Of a DNA stretch of 64,000 nucleotides, positions 52,996 through 61,999 are shown one piece after another. Location: NCBI GenBank assembly GCA_016792805.1, contig JAEUHX010000087.1, forward strand, positions 76,955 to 140,954, read 5' to 3'. The DNA is from Planctomycetota bacterium. Lineage in GTDB: Bacteria > Planctomycetota > UBA1135 > JACQFD01. A program made the translations under genes and the position numbers. The notes under the pieces were generated by a model, which ran no database searches, was not told where the DNA came from, and saw only the letters and a program-made list of their open reading frames with translations. Each line of letters begins with the position of its first letter. Position 1 is the stretch's first letter.

Positions 52996-53206
52996 CTCCT
53001 CCGGCAGCAGCCGGAGCGCCGCCAGCTCGCGCGCGCTCGGCTCACCGGTCGGGCGGGAAGCCTTCGAGCCGCCCGCAGCGCCGCGACCGCCCTTGGCGCG
53101 ACCCGAAGCTGTCGCGGCAGCGCCTCGCGGGCTGCCGGACTTCACGGGAGTCGGATCAGAAGGTGTCACAGAAGGGCTCTGAAATATGGATTTGGAATAC
53201 TGGACT

Positions 53207-54601
53207 TCAGCGCGAACGCCGAGACGCAGCGCGCGAGCCGCCGCGCGTCACGCGAGATGTTTTTGTAGCTTTTCTCTTGGGCTTCGCGCTTGCCGATCCC
53301 GACGCCGCAGCGCGCGCCACCGGCCCCTTGGGCTGAAGCGGCCGCGCGGGCACTCCGACCCACACGTCGCCAGCCGGGATCTTCTTGCGGGTCACAATCG
53401 CTCCTGCGCCGACGATGGCATCGGCGCCGACGGTCGACGGGGCCACCAGCACCGTTCCGCTGCCGATGAATGCGCGCGCTCCGATCAGCGTGGGCCACTT
53501 GGCCTTGCCGTCATAATTGGCAGTGATTGTGCCCGCGCCGATATTCGAGCCCTCCCCGACGGTGGTATCGCCGAGGTAGGCGAGGTGCATCGCCTTCACG
53601 CCCTTGCCGAGCGTGCTCTTCTTCACCTCGACGTAATTCCCCACTTTTGCGCCATCCTCCAGGACCGATTCACCTCGGAGGTGTGCGAACGGACCGACCT
53701 CACAATTCGAGCCGATCTTGCAGCCCTTGCGGATCACGGTGAACGGCTGAATCACTGTTCCAACGCCGATCTCGACATCCACATCGATGCGGGCCGTCTC
53801 CGGATCGACGACATGGACACCGTTGGCCAGATGCCGCTCGAGGATCCTTTCCTGCCACACGCTGCGCGCCATCGCCAGCTCCGAGAGCGAATTCACGCCG
53901 AGCGCTTCATTCTCATCTTCGAGAGGAACGAGGCGGACGAGACCGGCGTGCTTGGCAATCTCCAGCACCGCATCGGTGAGGTAGTACTCGCGCTGCGCAT
54001 TGTTGGCCGTGATGCGAGGGAGGACGCGCACCAGCACTTCGCGATCGAAGGCGTAGACCCCCACGTTCACCTCGCGAATCGCGCGCTCCTCCGACGAGCA
54101 GTCTTTCTCCTCTCGGATGCCGGCAAAGCCCCCGTCGGGATCGCGAAGAATGCGGCCGAAGCCGTGGGCCTTTTCGCGGGTGACCGTCAGCAGCGCCACA
54201 CCGCCGCGCGGCTTCGCCTCAATGAGCCGGTTCAGAGTCGTCGGCGCCAAGCAGGGCATGTCGCCGTAGGTCACCAGTACCAGCTCCGCAGAGCTCGGCA
54301 CCGACGGCATCGCCACGCGCACGGCGTCGCCCGTTCCCCGCGGCGGGTCTTGCGTCACGAAGGAAAGGTCGCGCTCTCCTTCGAACTCTCGGCGCACCTC
54401 CTCGCGGCCGTGACCGACGACGATGGCAATGCTCCGAGCGTGGACACCGCGCACCGAGTCGATCGCATGGCCGAGCAGCGAGCGCCCGCAGATCTCGAAG
54501 AGCACCTTGGGCTTGGGCGACTTCATGCGAGTCCCCTTGCCGGCGGCGAGGATCACCGCGGCAACTTCCGAGTGCGATTTGTGCGATCGAGTGGCGGACA
54601 C
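53207..54601 (-). CDS. glmU: Bifunctional GlmU (GlcNAc-1-P uridyltransferase / GlcN-1-P acetyltransferase) with basic C-terminal tail
   Basis: ORF 53207..54721. LAAGKGTRM lies 15 codons after the GTG at 54601. Left-handed beta-helix hexapeptide repeats, and a basic tail KPKRKATKTSRVTRGGSRAASRRSR. Start uncertain; alternatives at 54682 and 54721. Confidence 0.85.
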   Translation of the reverse strand: MSATRSHKSHSEVAAVILAAGKGTRMKSPKPKVLFEICGRSLLGHAIDSVRGVHARSIAIVVGHGREEVRREFEGERDLSFVTQDPPRGTGDAVRVAMPSVPSSAELVLVTYGDMPCLAPTTLNRLIEAKPRGGVALLTVTREKAHGFGRILRDPDGGFAGIREEKDCSSEERAIREVNVGVYAFDREVLVRVLPRITANNAQREYYLTDAVLEIAKHAGLVRLVPLEDENEALGVNSLSELAMARSVWQERILERHLANGVHVVDPETARIDVDVEIGVGTVIQPFTVIRKGCKIGSNCEVGPFAHLRGESVLEDGAKVGNYVEVKKSTLGKGVKAMHLAYLGDTTVGEGSNIGAGTITANYDGKAKWPTLIGARAFIGSGTVLVAPSTVGADAIVGAGAIVTRKKIPAGDVWVGVPARPLQPKGPVARAAASGSASAKPKRKATKTSRVTRGGSRAASRRSR

Positions 54602-54630
54602 GCGTGGGCAGGGCGGGAGCCCGGAACCTG

Positions 54631-54680
54631 AAAAAAGGGGCGGAGATTGAACCCGATTGCGGGTCCGCTCGCAACGCCCC
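54631..54680 (-). terminator. Terminator-like GC stem plus T6 tract downstream of rne
   Basis: Minus strand: GGGGCG-(TTGCG..CGCAA sub-hairpin and 14 nt)-CGCCCC-TTTTTT. It lies inside the longest glmU ORF, which is why I prefer the 54601 start. Confidence 0.35.
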
Positions 54681-54742
54681 ATGGGTCCCTGAGCACCCCG
54701 GGAGGCTGCCCGCGCGTGCAAACCCCGGAGGGGCTGCCGGCG

Positions 54743-57040
54743 CTACGCCGAGACCGGCTTCGTGTCCTTGCCGTCGATCGTGAGGTAGCGGTAGCGCACC
54801 TCGCCGGGGGCAAGACGCGTATCGCCGACCGCGATGATGTTCTTGCCGCTCTTCTCTTCGAGCGCCAAGAGCCCGTCGCGCTTCACGTTCACGAGGTAGT
54901 GGAGCGCATCGGGATGGACCGCCACCTCGACCGTCACGAACCCCTTCTTGCGCACCGAGGCGGTGAGTTCGCGGAGCACCGCGAGGCTCATTGCCTCGGG
55001 TGTCTTCACGTAGCCCGTGCCCGAGCAGTGCGTGCACTGCTGGAAGAGCGAGCGCTGCAGGCCCGGCCCGACGCGCTGGCGCGTCATCTCCAATAATCCG
55101 AATTGTGAAATGCGGCCGATCTTGATGCGTGCGCGGTCGTCGCGAATCGCGTCGCGGAAGGCCTTCTCCACCTGCTTGCGGTGGCGCGTCTCCATCATGT
55201 CGATGAAGTCCACAACCACAATTCCGCCCAAGTCGCGAAGACGGATCTGCCTCACAATTTCCGGGATCGCCTCGAGATTCGTGCGGTACGCCGTCTCCTC
55301 GAGGTCGGCTTCTTTCTTGGCCTTACCCGAGTTCACGTCGATCGCGACGAGAGCCTCGGCCTGGTCGAACACAAGCGATGACCCGTTCGCAAGAGTGATC
55401 TTGCGAAGGAACAGCTTCTCCATCTCGGCCTCGATGCCGTACCGATGGAAAACGGGTGTCGGATCGCTGTAGAGCTCGATGCCGTCTGCGTAGCGCGGCA
55501 TGACGCGCTGCGCGAAATCACGCATCCGTCGGTACACCGGCTCCGAGTCCACAAATACTTTGCCGATCTCGGGGCCAAAGATGTCGCGCATGACCTCGAT
55601 GCAGAGGTCTTTCTCCTCATACATCACCATCGGCGCTCGGCCGGCGGTGAGCCGCTTCTTGAAGACCTCCCACAAATTCATCAGGTAGTCGAGGTCGCGC
55701 TGGAGCTCAGCGCGCGTGCGGTTCTCTCCCGCAGTGCGCACAATAAACCCGAGGTTCGGATCCGGAACGAGCTCCTTCAGCAAGCGCTTCAGGCGCCGCC
55801 GCTCTCGCTCATCCTGGATCTTCCGCGACACTCCGCAGCGCGGCAGGCTCGGCATGAGCACGAGCGATCGGCCGGGGATCGAGATGTACGTCGTGAGCGT
55901 CGGGCCCTTCAGTCCGATGCCGTCTTTTGTGACCTGCACGACGACTTCCTGCCCTCGATGCAACAGATCCGCGATGGACTTCCGTGGGGCACGAGCGCTC
56001 TCGCCGCGTCCGTTGTCTCGGTGGCGCGGATCGCGGCGCTCATCGGGATCGTCGACCACGGCGCGCACCGCCTCGGGCCCCTCATCCTCGCCCGCCTTGG
56101 CGAGAGGCAGATCGGTGAGCTCGAAGGCCGGATCGCCGTAAGCCGCCAACACATCGGAGGCGTGGAGGAATCCATTGCGGCCAATTCCGAAATCCACAAA
56201 TGCCGCGCCGATGGACGGCTCCACGTTGACCACGCGTCCCTTATAGATGTTTCCAAGCACCGAGGATCGAGCCACGGTGTCGACGTAGAGCTCCTCGAGA
56301 ACGCCGCGCTCGCTCAGCACCGCAACGCGCAACTCCTCGGGCTCGAGCGCATTGACGAGCATGAGCTTGCGACCGCGAACCTCCTCGCGCTCGGGCTCCT
56401 CTTCGGGCTGCTCGAACTCCATGGGCTCTTCGTCGGAGTCCTCGTCCGAATCGTCGTCCTCATCGTCGGAGTCCTCCGATCGCCGAGCAGGCGATGAGCG
56501 CTCTTCGTCCGATGGGAAACTCACACTTCCGCCGGCATCGTCGGCAGACTCCTCGTCTCCGCCGCTGGCACGTTCCGCCGGAGCCTCTTCGCGCGTCGAA
56601 GGAGTCTCCTCCGACTCCGCGTCGCCAGGCTCATCCGTGATTTCCTCCTCCGGGCCTTCACCCTCAACGGCCGTCGGAGTGTCTTCCTGGCGCTCGCGGC
56701 CGCGACCCCGCCGCCGTCCGCGTCGACCACGACGACGACGACGCCCCCCGGGGTCGCTCTCGCTGGAGCCACCCCCATTTGCGTCGTTGCCTCGGCCGCC
56801 CGCGCCGCCGAATCCTTCGTCGCCGCCGGCGCCACCGCCGGAGCCGTCGCCCCCGGCGTCATCTCCTCGCGCGCTTCCCGGCTCGCTGCCGCTAGGCGCT
56901 CCGCTCTCGGAGCTGCCCCGGCGGGCTCCCTCGCTCGGCGGTGCGCTGGTGTAGTTGCGCGGGTGGGTCGAATGGGTCGCCCGCGGAGCGGTGCTCGCGC
57001 GATTCCCATCCCGATTGCTCATTTCGTAGTTGCTGTCCAT
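54743..57040 (-). CDS. rne: Ribonuclease E/G with a possible 226-aa low-complexity N-terminal extension
   Basis: ORF 54743..57403. The canonical N-terminus MLVNALEPEELRVAVL aligns with E. coli RNase E MLINATQQEELRVAL and begins at 56362. It is followed by the S1 domain (NIYKGRVVNVEPSIGAAFVDFG) and the catalytic core. The in-frame upstream ATGs at 57040 and 57022 would add acidic and Arg-rich segments. Confidence 0.85.
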   Translation of the reverse strand: MDSNYEMSNRDGNRASTAPRATHSTHPRNYTSAPPSEGARRGSSESGAPSGSEPGSARGDDAGGDGSGGGAGGDEGFGGAGGRGNDANGGGSSESDPGGRRRRRGRRGRRRGRGRERQEDTPTAVEGEGPEEEITDEPGDAESEETPSTREEAPAERASGGDEESADDAGGSVSFPSDEERSSPARRSEDSDDEDDDSDEDSDEEPMEFEQPEEEPEREEVRGRKLMLVNALEPEELRVAVLSERGVLEELYVDTVARSSVLGNIYKGRVVNVEPSIGAAFVDFGIGRNGFLHASDVLAAYGDPAFELTDLPLAKAGEDEGPEAVRAVVDDPDERRDPRHRDNGRGESARAPRKSIADLLHRGQEVVVQVTKDGIGLKGPTLTTYISIPGRSLVLMPSLPRCGVSRKIQDERERRRLKRLLKELVPDPNLGFIVRTAGENRTRAELQRDLDYLMNLWEVFKKRLTAGRAPMVMYEEKDLCIEVMRDIFGPEIGKVFVDSEPVYRRMRDFAQRVMPRYADGIELYSDPTPVFHRYGIEAEMEKLFLRKITLANGSSLVFDQAEALVAIDVNSGKAKKEADLEETAYRTNLEAIPEIVRQIRLRDLGGIVVVDFIDMMETRHRKQVEKAFRDAIRDDRARIKIGRISQFGLLEMTRQRVGPGLQRSLFQQCTHCSGTGYVKTPEAMSLAVLRELTASVRKKGFVTVEVAVHPDALHYLVNVKRDGLLALEEKSGKNIIAVGDTRLAPGEVRYRYLTIDGKDTKPVSA

Positions 57041-57689
57041 CCAGAATCTCGAAGTCGGTTTCGTTGGGATCCGACGGGAGCCTCCGGACGCGAATCGGCG
57101 CACAGGACGGGTCGGCGCGCTCAATGCGCCCAACCGCCTCACGCAACCATGCCGTACCACCGCCTGAGGCGGAGGCGACTCGAAGGCGGATGGCCTCCAA
57201 ATCGCTAGCGAGCCAATGGATGGAGCCGCCAAGCGACGCGACGCAAGTCTTAGCCGCTTCAGCATTTGCAGCCGTCCAGGAGCTGCCGTCTCCTCTTCGA
57301 AGCTCGTATCGCTGCGCCGTCGGAACGCGGAAGCGCCCCGGTGCATGCACGACGGACACGAGATCCAACCCAGCGGGCAACACCTCGCGGAGCTTCTGCG
57401 CAACCTCCATCAACTCCACAGGGGAGTTCAACATCACGTCGAACTCTTCACCTTCGACCTCCAAGCCCACGGGCAAAGCCCCTGGGAAAGACAGGCGAAT
57501 TCGTGGATTGAAACCCTGGGAGTAGCGGATCGGCAGCTCGGAGCGCCGCAGCGCACGCTCAAGCGTGCGCACGAAATCGAGGTGGGAGAGGAAGCGCAGA
57601 TCTCCGCGCTTTCGGTAGGTGATTCGCAATCGCACCGAGGACTCGGCCTCCGAGGCCCGTCCTCGCTGGATGCCCCCGTCTTCTGGCAT
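56892..57689 (-). CDS. DUF2344 / TIGR03936-type radical-SAM-associated protein
   Basis: Contains VRLRITYRKRGDLRFLSHLDFVRTLERALRRSELPIRYSQGFNPRIRLSF. Candidate starts are 57722, 57689 and GTG 57635. The stop at 56892 lies about 150 nt inside the long rne ORF, in another frame. Confidence 0.75.
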   Translation of the reverse strand: MPEDGGIQRGRASEAESSVRLRITYRKRGDLRFLSHLDFVRTLERALRRSELPIRYSQGFNPRIRLSFPGALPVGLEVEGEEFDVMLNSPVELMEVAQKLREVLPAGLDLVSVVHAPGRFRVPTAQRYELRRGDGSSWTAANAEAAKTCVASLGGSIHWLASDLEAIRLRVASASGGGTAWLREAVGRIERADPSCAPIRVRRLPSDPNETDFEILDGQQLRNEQSGWESREHRSAGDPFDPPAQLHQRTAERGSPPGQLRERSA

Positions 57690-57867
57690 GACGGATCCCG
57701 GGTTCGAAGGTCCGGGCGTCATGGCAGGGAACAAAGTGGAGGGAGTCTAGCCGCGGTCCGAGGGCGTATCGACATCGGAAAACAGCGACGCGCCGAACCC
57801 GCTGCCCCTACATCGTTTTGGGGAGCGCGTCCGGCGCGTCCTGACAGCCTGTTGAGGGCGCGCGGAT

Positions 57868-59799
57868 CTAGCGGCCGGTCGATTCCGTCGGCGCCGGAGA
57901 CTCCCCCGTCGGTGCCGGTGCAGGCACGGTAGGAGTCAGATCCAGCATGCCCACTCTGGGTTCGCCGCCGCCGAAAAGGCGCTCGACGTCCTTCTGGATC
58001 TGCTTCTGACGCGCGTCGAGCTCGTGCTGGATCGCGTCCTCGGTTTCGAGGGACGACTTCACGATGGTCGGCGTGACCATGACCACCAACGCGCGGCGAT
58101 CCTTGAAGGACTCGGTGCGCTTGAAGAGCCAGCCGAGCAGGGGAATGTCGCCGAGCAGCGGGATCTTGTTGACCGTCTCGCCCTGGCTGTCGGTGTTGAG
58201 TCCGCCGATCACAGCCGTCTGTCCGCTCTCCAGGATCATCGTGGTGGCGATCGTCGAGGAGGCGATTCGCGGGAGCGCAATCGTTCCACCGGTGGAACCG
58301 GAGCCGACGGTGAAGACTTCAAAGCCCGCTGGAGCAATGGGCGGGCCCGCCGAGCCCGAGAGCGACTGCTGCTTGGGGATCATCTCGAGCACGACGCGAT
58401 CGCTGCTCGGAACGACGTGGGGCGTGACGAGGAGCTGAAAGCCCGTCGAGACGGGGCTCTTGTCTGCCTCTTCGATGGCAAACTCGAGGCCGCCCGATTG
58501 GTTCGACGACGCGCTCGACTGGGCATAGGGCACCTGCTCGCCGACGAAGATCGTGCCGGTGTGGTTGTCGAGCACAATGAGCTTCGGCGCCTGCACAATT
58601 TCACTGTGCACATCGCGCTTCAACATATGAAGCGCAGCAGTCACTTGGGTGAAGGAGAGCGCCCCGAAGATGGTGCTCGGCACGGCGGTTATCCCGACGT
58701 TCGAGAGTGGATTCGTAGCAAGCGTATCGGTGTAAGGAAACGGACCGCTGTTCGGCGTATTGGTAACGATGAAGTCGTCCTCGAATCCGCCCTTGCCGAG
58801 CTTGAAGGGGAGCTCGATCGGCACCTGGCCGCCGGAGGCGGAGATCACAGGCCCCTGCGCTCCGTAGTCGACGCCGAAATCGAACACGTCGGTTCGGGTC
58901 GTGGAGACGAACTTGACATCGAAGAAGATCTGCCGCGGCTCGACATCGATCAGAGAAATAATCTTCTCGATGTCGCGGACGACCGGCGGAATATCCGTCA
59001 CCACAATTGTATTGGTGCGATCGATGTAGTCGAGCTTTCCGTTCTTCGAAAGCACCTTTTTGAGCGCATCGATGAGCCGGAAATCCTTGATCACGTCCTG
59101 GGTCACCCTGGGGCCGCCCACCGTATAGAACGTCTCGATCTTCGGCTGGTAGACGCTCGACGGTCTCACATATCGAAGGTTGAAGGCGCGCATCTCGAAT
59201 TGGTCTTCGAGACGCTCCCGCGCAATCACGCGCAGAATCCCGCGCTCCTCCTCGACGATGGCAAAGCCAAGATTCTTCGTGGCCGCCTCGAGGGCGTCGC
59301 GCCACGGCACGTCCTTCAACCGAATGGTGATCGGGCCCTTCACCTCGGGCGACACCACAATATTCGCATTGGCAAGCTTCGCGATGGCGTCGATCACCAC
59401 GGTGATGTCGACGTTCTGGAAGGCGAAGTGCACGCGCGGCGGCTTTTCGACACGCAACAGATTCGCCGCCGACTGAAGCACGACGCATCCAGCTCGCTCG
59501 GCAACGAGATCGAGCGCTTTGCGCCACTCGACGTCCTTCAGCGCAAGAGTGACCTTCTCCTGAATCTCGGGCGCGACCACGATGTTGACATCGGTGCGCG
59601 CACGAATGAAGTCGATCACTGCAGTCAGCTCGCGATCCTTGACGTCAAAGGAGACCGTCTGGTTCGAGCCGTCCGGCGCTGTGCCGGAAGAGGATCCTCC
59701 CTGGGCCAAGGCCGGCGAGGCCGAAGCCGGGAGAACAAATGTAGCAGGGGCAAGAGCGAGGAACGCAGTCGCGATCCCCGAAGGGGACGGGAACGCCAT
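57868..59799 (-). CDS. pilQ: Secretin (PilQ/GspD family) with two tandem STN/N0-like N-terminal domains
   Basis: ORF 57868..59844. ATG at 59799 is preceded by GGAGG at 6-nt spacing. Signal MAFPSPSGIATAFLALAPATFVLPASASPALAQ. Repeated segment of the type VSFDVKDRELTAVIDFIRARTDVNIVV..LKDVEWRKALD. Secretin C-domain (NKIPLLGDIPLLGWLFK). Confidence 0.9.
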   Translation of the reverse strand: MAFPSPSGIATAFLALAPATFVLPASASPALAQGGSSSGTAPDGSNQTVSFDVKDRELTAVIDFIRARTDVNIVVAPEIQEKVTLALKDVEWRKALDLVAERAGCVVLQSAANLLRVEKPPRVHFAFQNVDITVVIDAIAKLANANIVVSPEVKGPITIRLKDVPWRDALEAATKNLGFAIVEEERGILRVIARERLEDQFEMRAFNLRYVRPSSVYQPKIETFYTVGGPRVTQDVIKDFRLIDALKKVLSKNGKLDYIDRTNTIVVTDIPPVVRDIEKIISLIDVEPRQIFFDVKFVSTTRTDVFDFGVDYGAQGPVISASGGQVPIELPFKLGKGGFEDDFIVTNTPNSGPFPYTDTLATNPLSNVGITAVPSTIFGALSFTQVTAALHMLKRDVHSEIVQAPKLIVLDNHTGTIFVGEQVPYAQSSASSNQSGGLEFAIEEADKSPVSTGFQLLVTPHVVPSSDRVVLEMIPKQQSLSGSAGPPIAPAGFEVFTVGSGSTGGTIALPRIASSTIATTMILESGQTAVIGGLNTDSQGETVNKIPLLGDIPLLGWLFKRTESFKDRRALVVMVTPTIVKSSLETEDAIQHELDARQKQIQKDVERLFGGGEPRVGMLDLTPTVPAPAPTGESPAPTESTGR

Positions 59800-59877
59800 T
59801 TCTGACCTCCGAGACGCCGGCTGGACGGGAGTGTCCTGGGACAAGCCGGCGGCGGTATTCGTTAGGATGTCTTGAAT

Positions 59878-61281
59878 TCACCACTTCTTCGTGATCTGTA
59901 CTTCGTCGAGGACAAAAGTAACTCCGTCCTCTGAGATGTCCGCGACCGTGAGCTCGTCGTCTACCGAGTCGCCAGGCTCCATGGTTCGGTTGTTGACCAC
60001 GGCAACCTTTCGCTGCGGCTCAACGATGATCCCCCCGAGCATCACCTTCTTGTCCTCGAAGCGCTGGGCAACGCGCGCCTCTCGGTCGAGCTTTCGGAGC
60101 TCGGCGACATAGGGAGCTCGGACGGCGTCTTGCTCGAACGACGGCGCCCGCTCCAGCACAGGCTTCATGAAGTCGATGGCCTCACGCACCTGGCCTGCAC
60201 GCACCAAGTCGCGTGCACGCACCAAGAGGTCGGAGAGTTCGCGAGCGGAGGGCCCGACGGTTCCAAGGTCCTTGAGCCCCGCGCGCACCTTCTTGAGCGG
60301 CTCGCTCACGGTTCCACGCCAGCTCCGGCGCAGTGCGTCGACTGTAAGGACTTTCTCCTTTTCGACGCGCGCGGCGTCGGCTTCGACAGGGCCGACCTTC
60401 TCGTCGAAGATCGCTTGGATCTCGAAGCGCCGCATGATGTTGAGCTGCGGATCGCTGAACTCGGCGAAGAGGCTGGTGAGTTCCTCGACACGCAACTGTA
60501 GCTTCGCGACGAGTTCCTGCTGCTGCTCGAGGCTCAGCTGATTCGCGTCGGTCGGAGGCGTTCGCGGATCGACGAAGATGTCCCGGCGGTTCTTCTGGTC
60601 GCTCCACTCGACCGCCGGCTGTTCGATCGTCTCTTTTTTGTGATCGATCTCCTCTCGGAGCTGGGTTCGGCGCGCCTCATAGTTGGGGATCGGCTCACGA
60701 ACGCCGCCTTTCGCGGGGTTGTATGCGTAGGTCTCGATGTCGAACTCGACGGTATGGTTCGCGTCGGTCGTGACGAAGGTCTCCTCGCTGTTCGACCGCG
60801 CTCCGTTCGAGAGCTTTAAGTAAGGAACGATCACGAATCGCTTGAACGACTCGACTCGGTTCAGAAACGCGAGGAAGTTCGAGAGTGTCGCTTCCGTCTT
60901 GAGCTGATACCCGATGCGCTCGAACACTTTCGACTGTCCCGTACGGCCGCCGCCGCCGGACTTCGGCCGAACTTCCGTCAAGCGCACATTCTTATCTTTC
61001 GCGAAGCCGGACATCGCCTTCACGAAGTCTTCGACTTCCTGTTGCGTCGGAAGCACGCTCGCGAGCGCAGCAACCGACTCGCGAAGCACGATCACCTGGT
61101 CCTCGAGGCCTTTGACCTGCTCGGTCTTCTTCCTCGCGGCCTCGAGGTCGGTGCGCTTCTCTTCGATCTGGATCTCCGTCTGGCCGATCTCCTCCCACGT
61201 GCTGTAGAGGAGCCATCCGAGACCGGCCGAGATCGCGAGCGTGCCGGCCGCGATTCCGAGGAGCACTTTCTTTTCGTTCAC
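59878..61281 (-). CDS. PilO-like protein fused to a PilP/GspC-HR-like C-terminal domain via a long helical linker
   Basis: 467 aa with a GTG start and AAGGAG 7 nt upstream. N-terminal TM plus coiled coil plus a PilO-like ferredoxin region (ERIGYQLKTEATLSNFLAFLNRVES). Mid-protein RRDIFVDP motif. C-terminal GGIIVEPQRKVAVVNNRTMEPGDSVDDELTVADISEDGVTFVL. Confidence 0.7.
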   Translation of the reverse strand: MNEKKVLLGIAAGTLAISAGLGWLLYSTWEEIGQTEIQIEEKRTDLEAARKKTEQVKGLEDQVIVLRESVAALASVLPTQQEVEDFVKAMSGFAKDKNVRLTEVRPKSGGGGRTGQSKVFERIGYQLKTEATLSNFLAFLNRVESFKRFVIVPYLKLSNGARSNSEETFVTTDANHTVEFDIETYAYNPAKGGVREPIPNYEARRTQLREEIDHKKETIEQPAVEWSDQKNRRDIFVDPRTPPTDANQLSLEQQQELVAKLQLRVEELTSLFAEFSDPQLNIMRRFEIQAIFDEKVGPVEADAARVEKEKVLTVDALRRSWRGTVSEPLKKVRAGLKDLGTVGPSARELSDLLVRARDLVRAGQVREAIDFMKPVLERAPSFEQDAVRAPYVAELRKLDREARVAQRFEDKKVMLGGIIVEPQRKVAVVNNRTMEPGDSVDDELTVADISEDGVTFVLDEVQITKKW

Positions 61282-61299
61282 GGTGGGGCTCCTTTTGTG

Positions 61300-61998
61300 C
61301 TACTTGGCCGCGGGTGCAGGAGTGGCGCCGGTGGCGGGCGCCGCGCCGCCGGCCCGGTTCTCCGCCAATGGCTTCGCCCCCGCCTGCTTCTTGGGGTCTC
61401 GCGGCGCGAGCGTGAACGTGAGCGGGAAGTCAACCACGACTCCGCGCTCTGAGCTGGTCGTCTTCCCTTCGGGAACCGAAGCGCTCACAAAATCTCCGTA
61501 GAAGGGATGCTCCTTTGAAGCCGAGATGAGGTCGGCTACGAGTCCCACGCTGTCGCCTTCGATGTGGCCCTGGAGCGCGAAGGTGCCGCCGCTCGTCTTG
61601 TTATCGATCGTTTGAGTGATACTCACTTCGTCGAACCAGGCCGTGCCGAGCCCCTGGTCGCCGCGAACGCTTATGAACTCGACGAACTGATCGAGCTTGG
61701 TCGTCCAGTTGATACGTCCCGCGCGAAGCTCATAAATCGTCTGATGCCACTTTTCGCTCTCAGCGATCTCCACCGAGAGGGCGGCATGATGCTTGAGCAT
61801 CGGCTCGAGGCCTTGCCGGTCCTCCTCGATGCGAGCCAGCGTCTCCTGCACAGAAACGAGCTGACCGAACCGAAGGTAGGCTACACCGGCGCCGAGTCCG
61901 GCCACAACCACCGCTGCGGCGAGCGTTGCAGCGAAAACCCGGAGAGGCGTCCGTTCGCGCCGGCGAAATTCCTCGGGGAGCAGGTTGACGGAAATCAC
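61300..61998 (-). CDS. pilN: PilN-like inner-membrane pilus alignment protein
   Basis: GTG at 61998 lies immediately after the pilM stop. VISVNLLPEEFRRRER is followed by a TM span (the PilN N-terminal signature INLLP) and a Pro/Ala-rich tail. Confidence 0.75.
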   Translation of the reverse strand: MISVNLLPEEFRRRERTPLRVFAATLAAAVVVAGLGAGVAYLRFGQLVSVQETLARIEEDRQGLEPMLKHHAALSVEIAESEKWHQTIYELRAGRINWTTKLDQFVEFISVRGDQGLGTAWFDEVSITQTIDNKTSGGTFALQGHIEGDSVGLVADLISASKEHPFYGDFVSASVPEGKTTSSERGVVVDFPLTFTLAPRDPKKQAGAKPLAENRAGGAAPATGATPAPAAK

Positions 61999-61999
61999 T

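Noticed and set aside
52996-53169. A 58-aa Gly/Ala/Arg-rich N-terminal extension of Prs from a GTG at 53169.
   Set aside because: Prs homology begins exactly at the ATG at 52995. The extension has no motif and no Shine-Dalgarno sequence. It is kept only as an alternative start, because its third-position GC looks coding-like and the issue is unresolved.
50992-53268. Other long plus-strand shadow ORFs (50992-53268, 12351-13958, 14972-16456, 22091-23623, 24825-25988, 58024-59805, 62219-63397, among others).
   Set aside because: Each lies antisense to a minus-strand gene with clear family motifs (prs, L25, amidohydrolase, pilC, pilT, secretin, pilM). Their translations are Arg/His/Asp-rich nonsense without recognisable domains.
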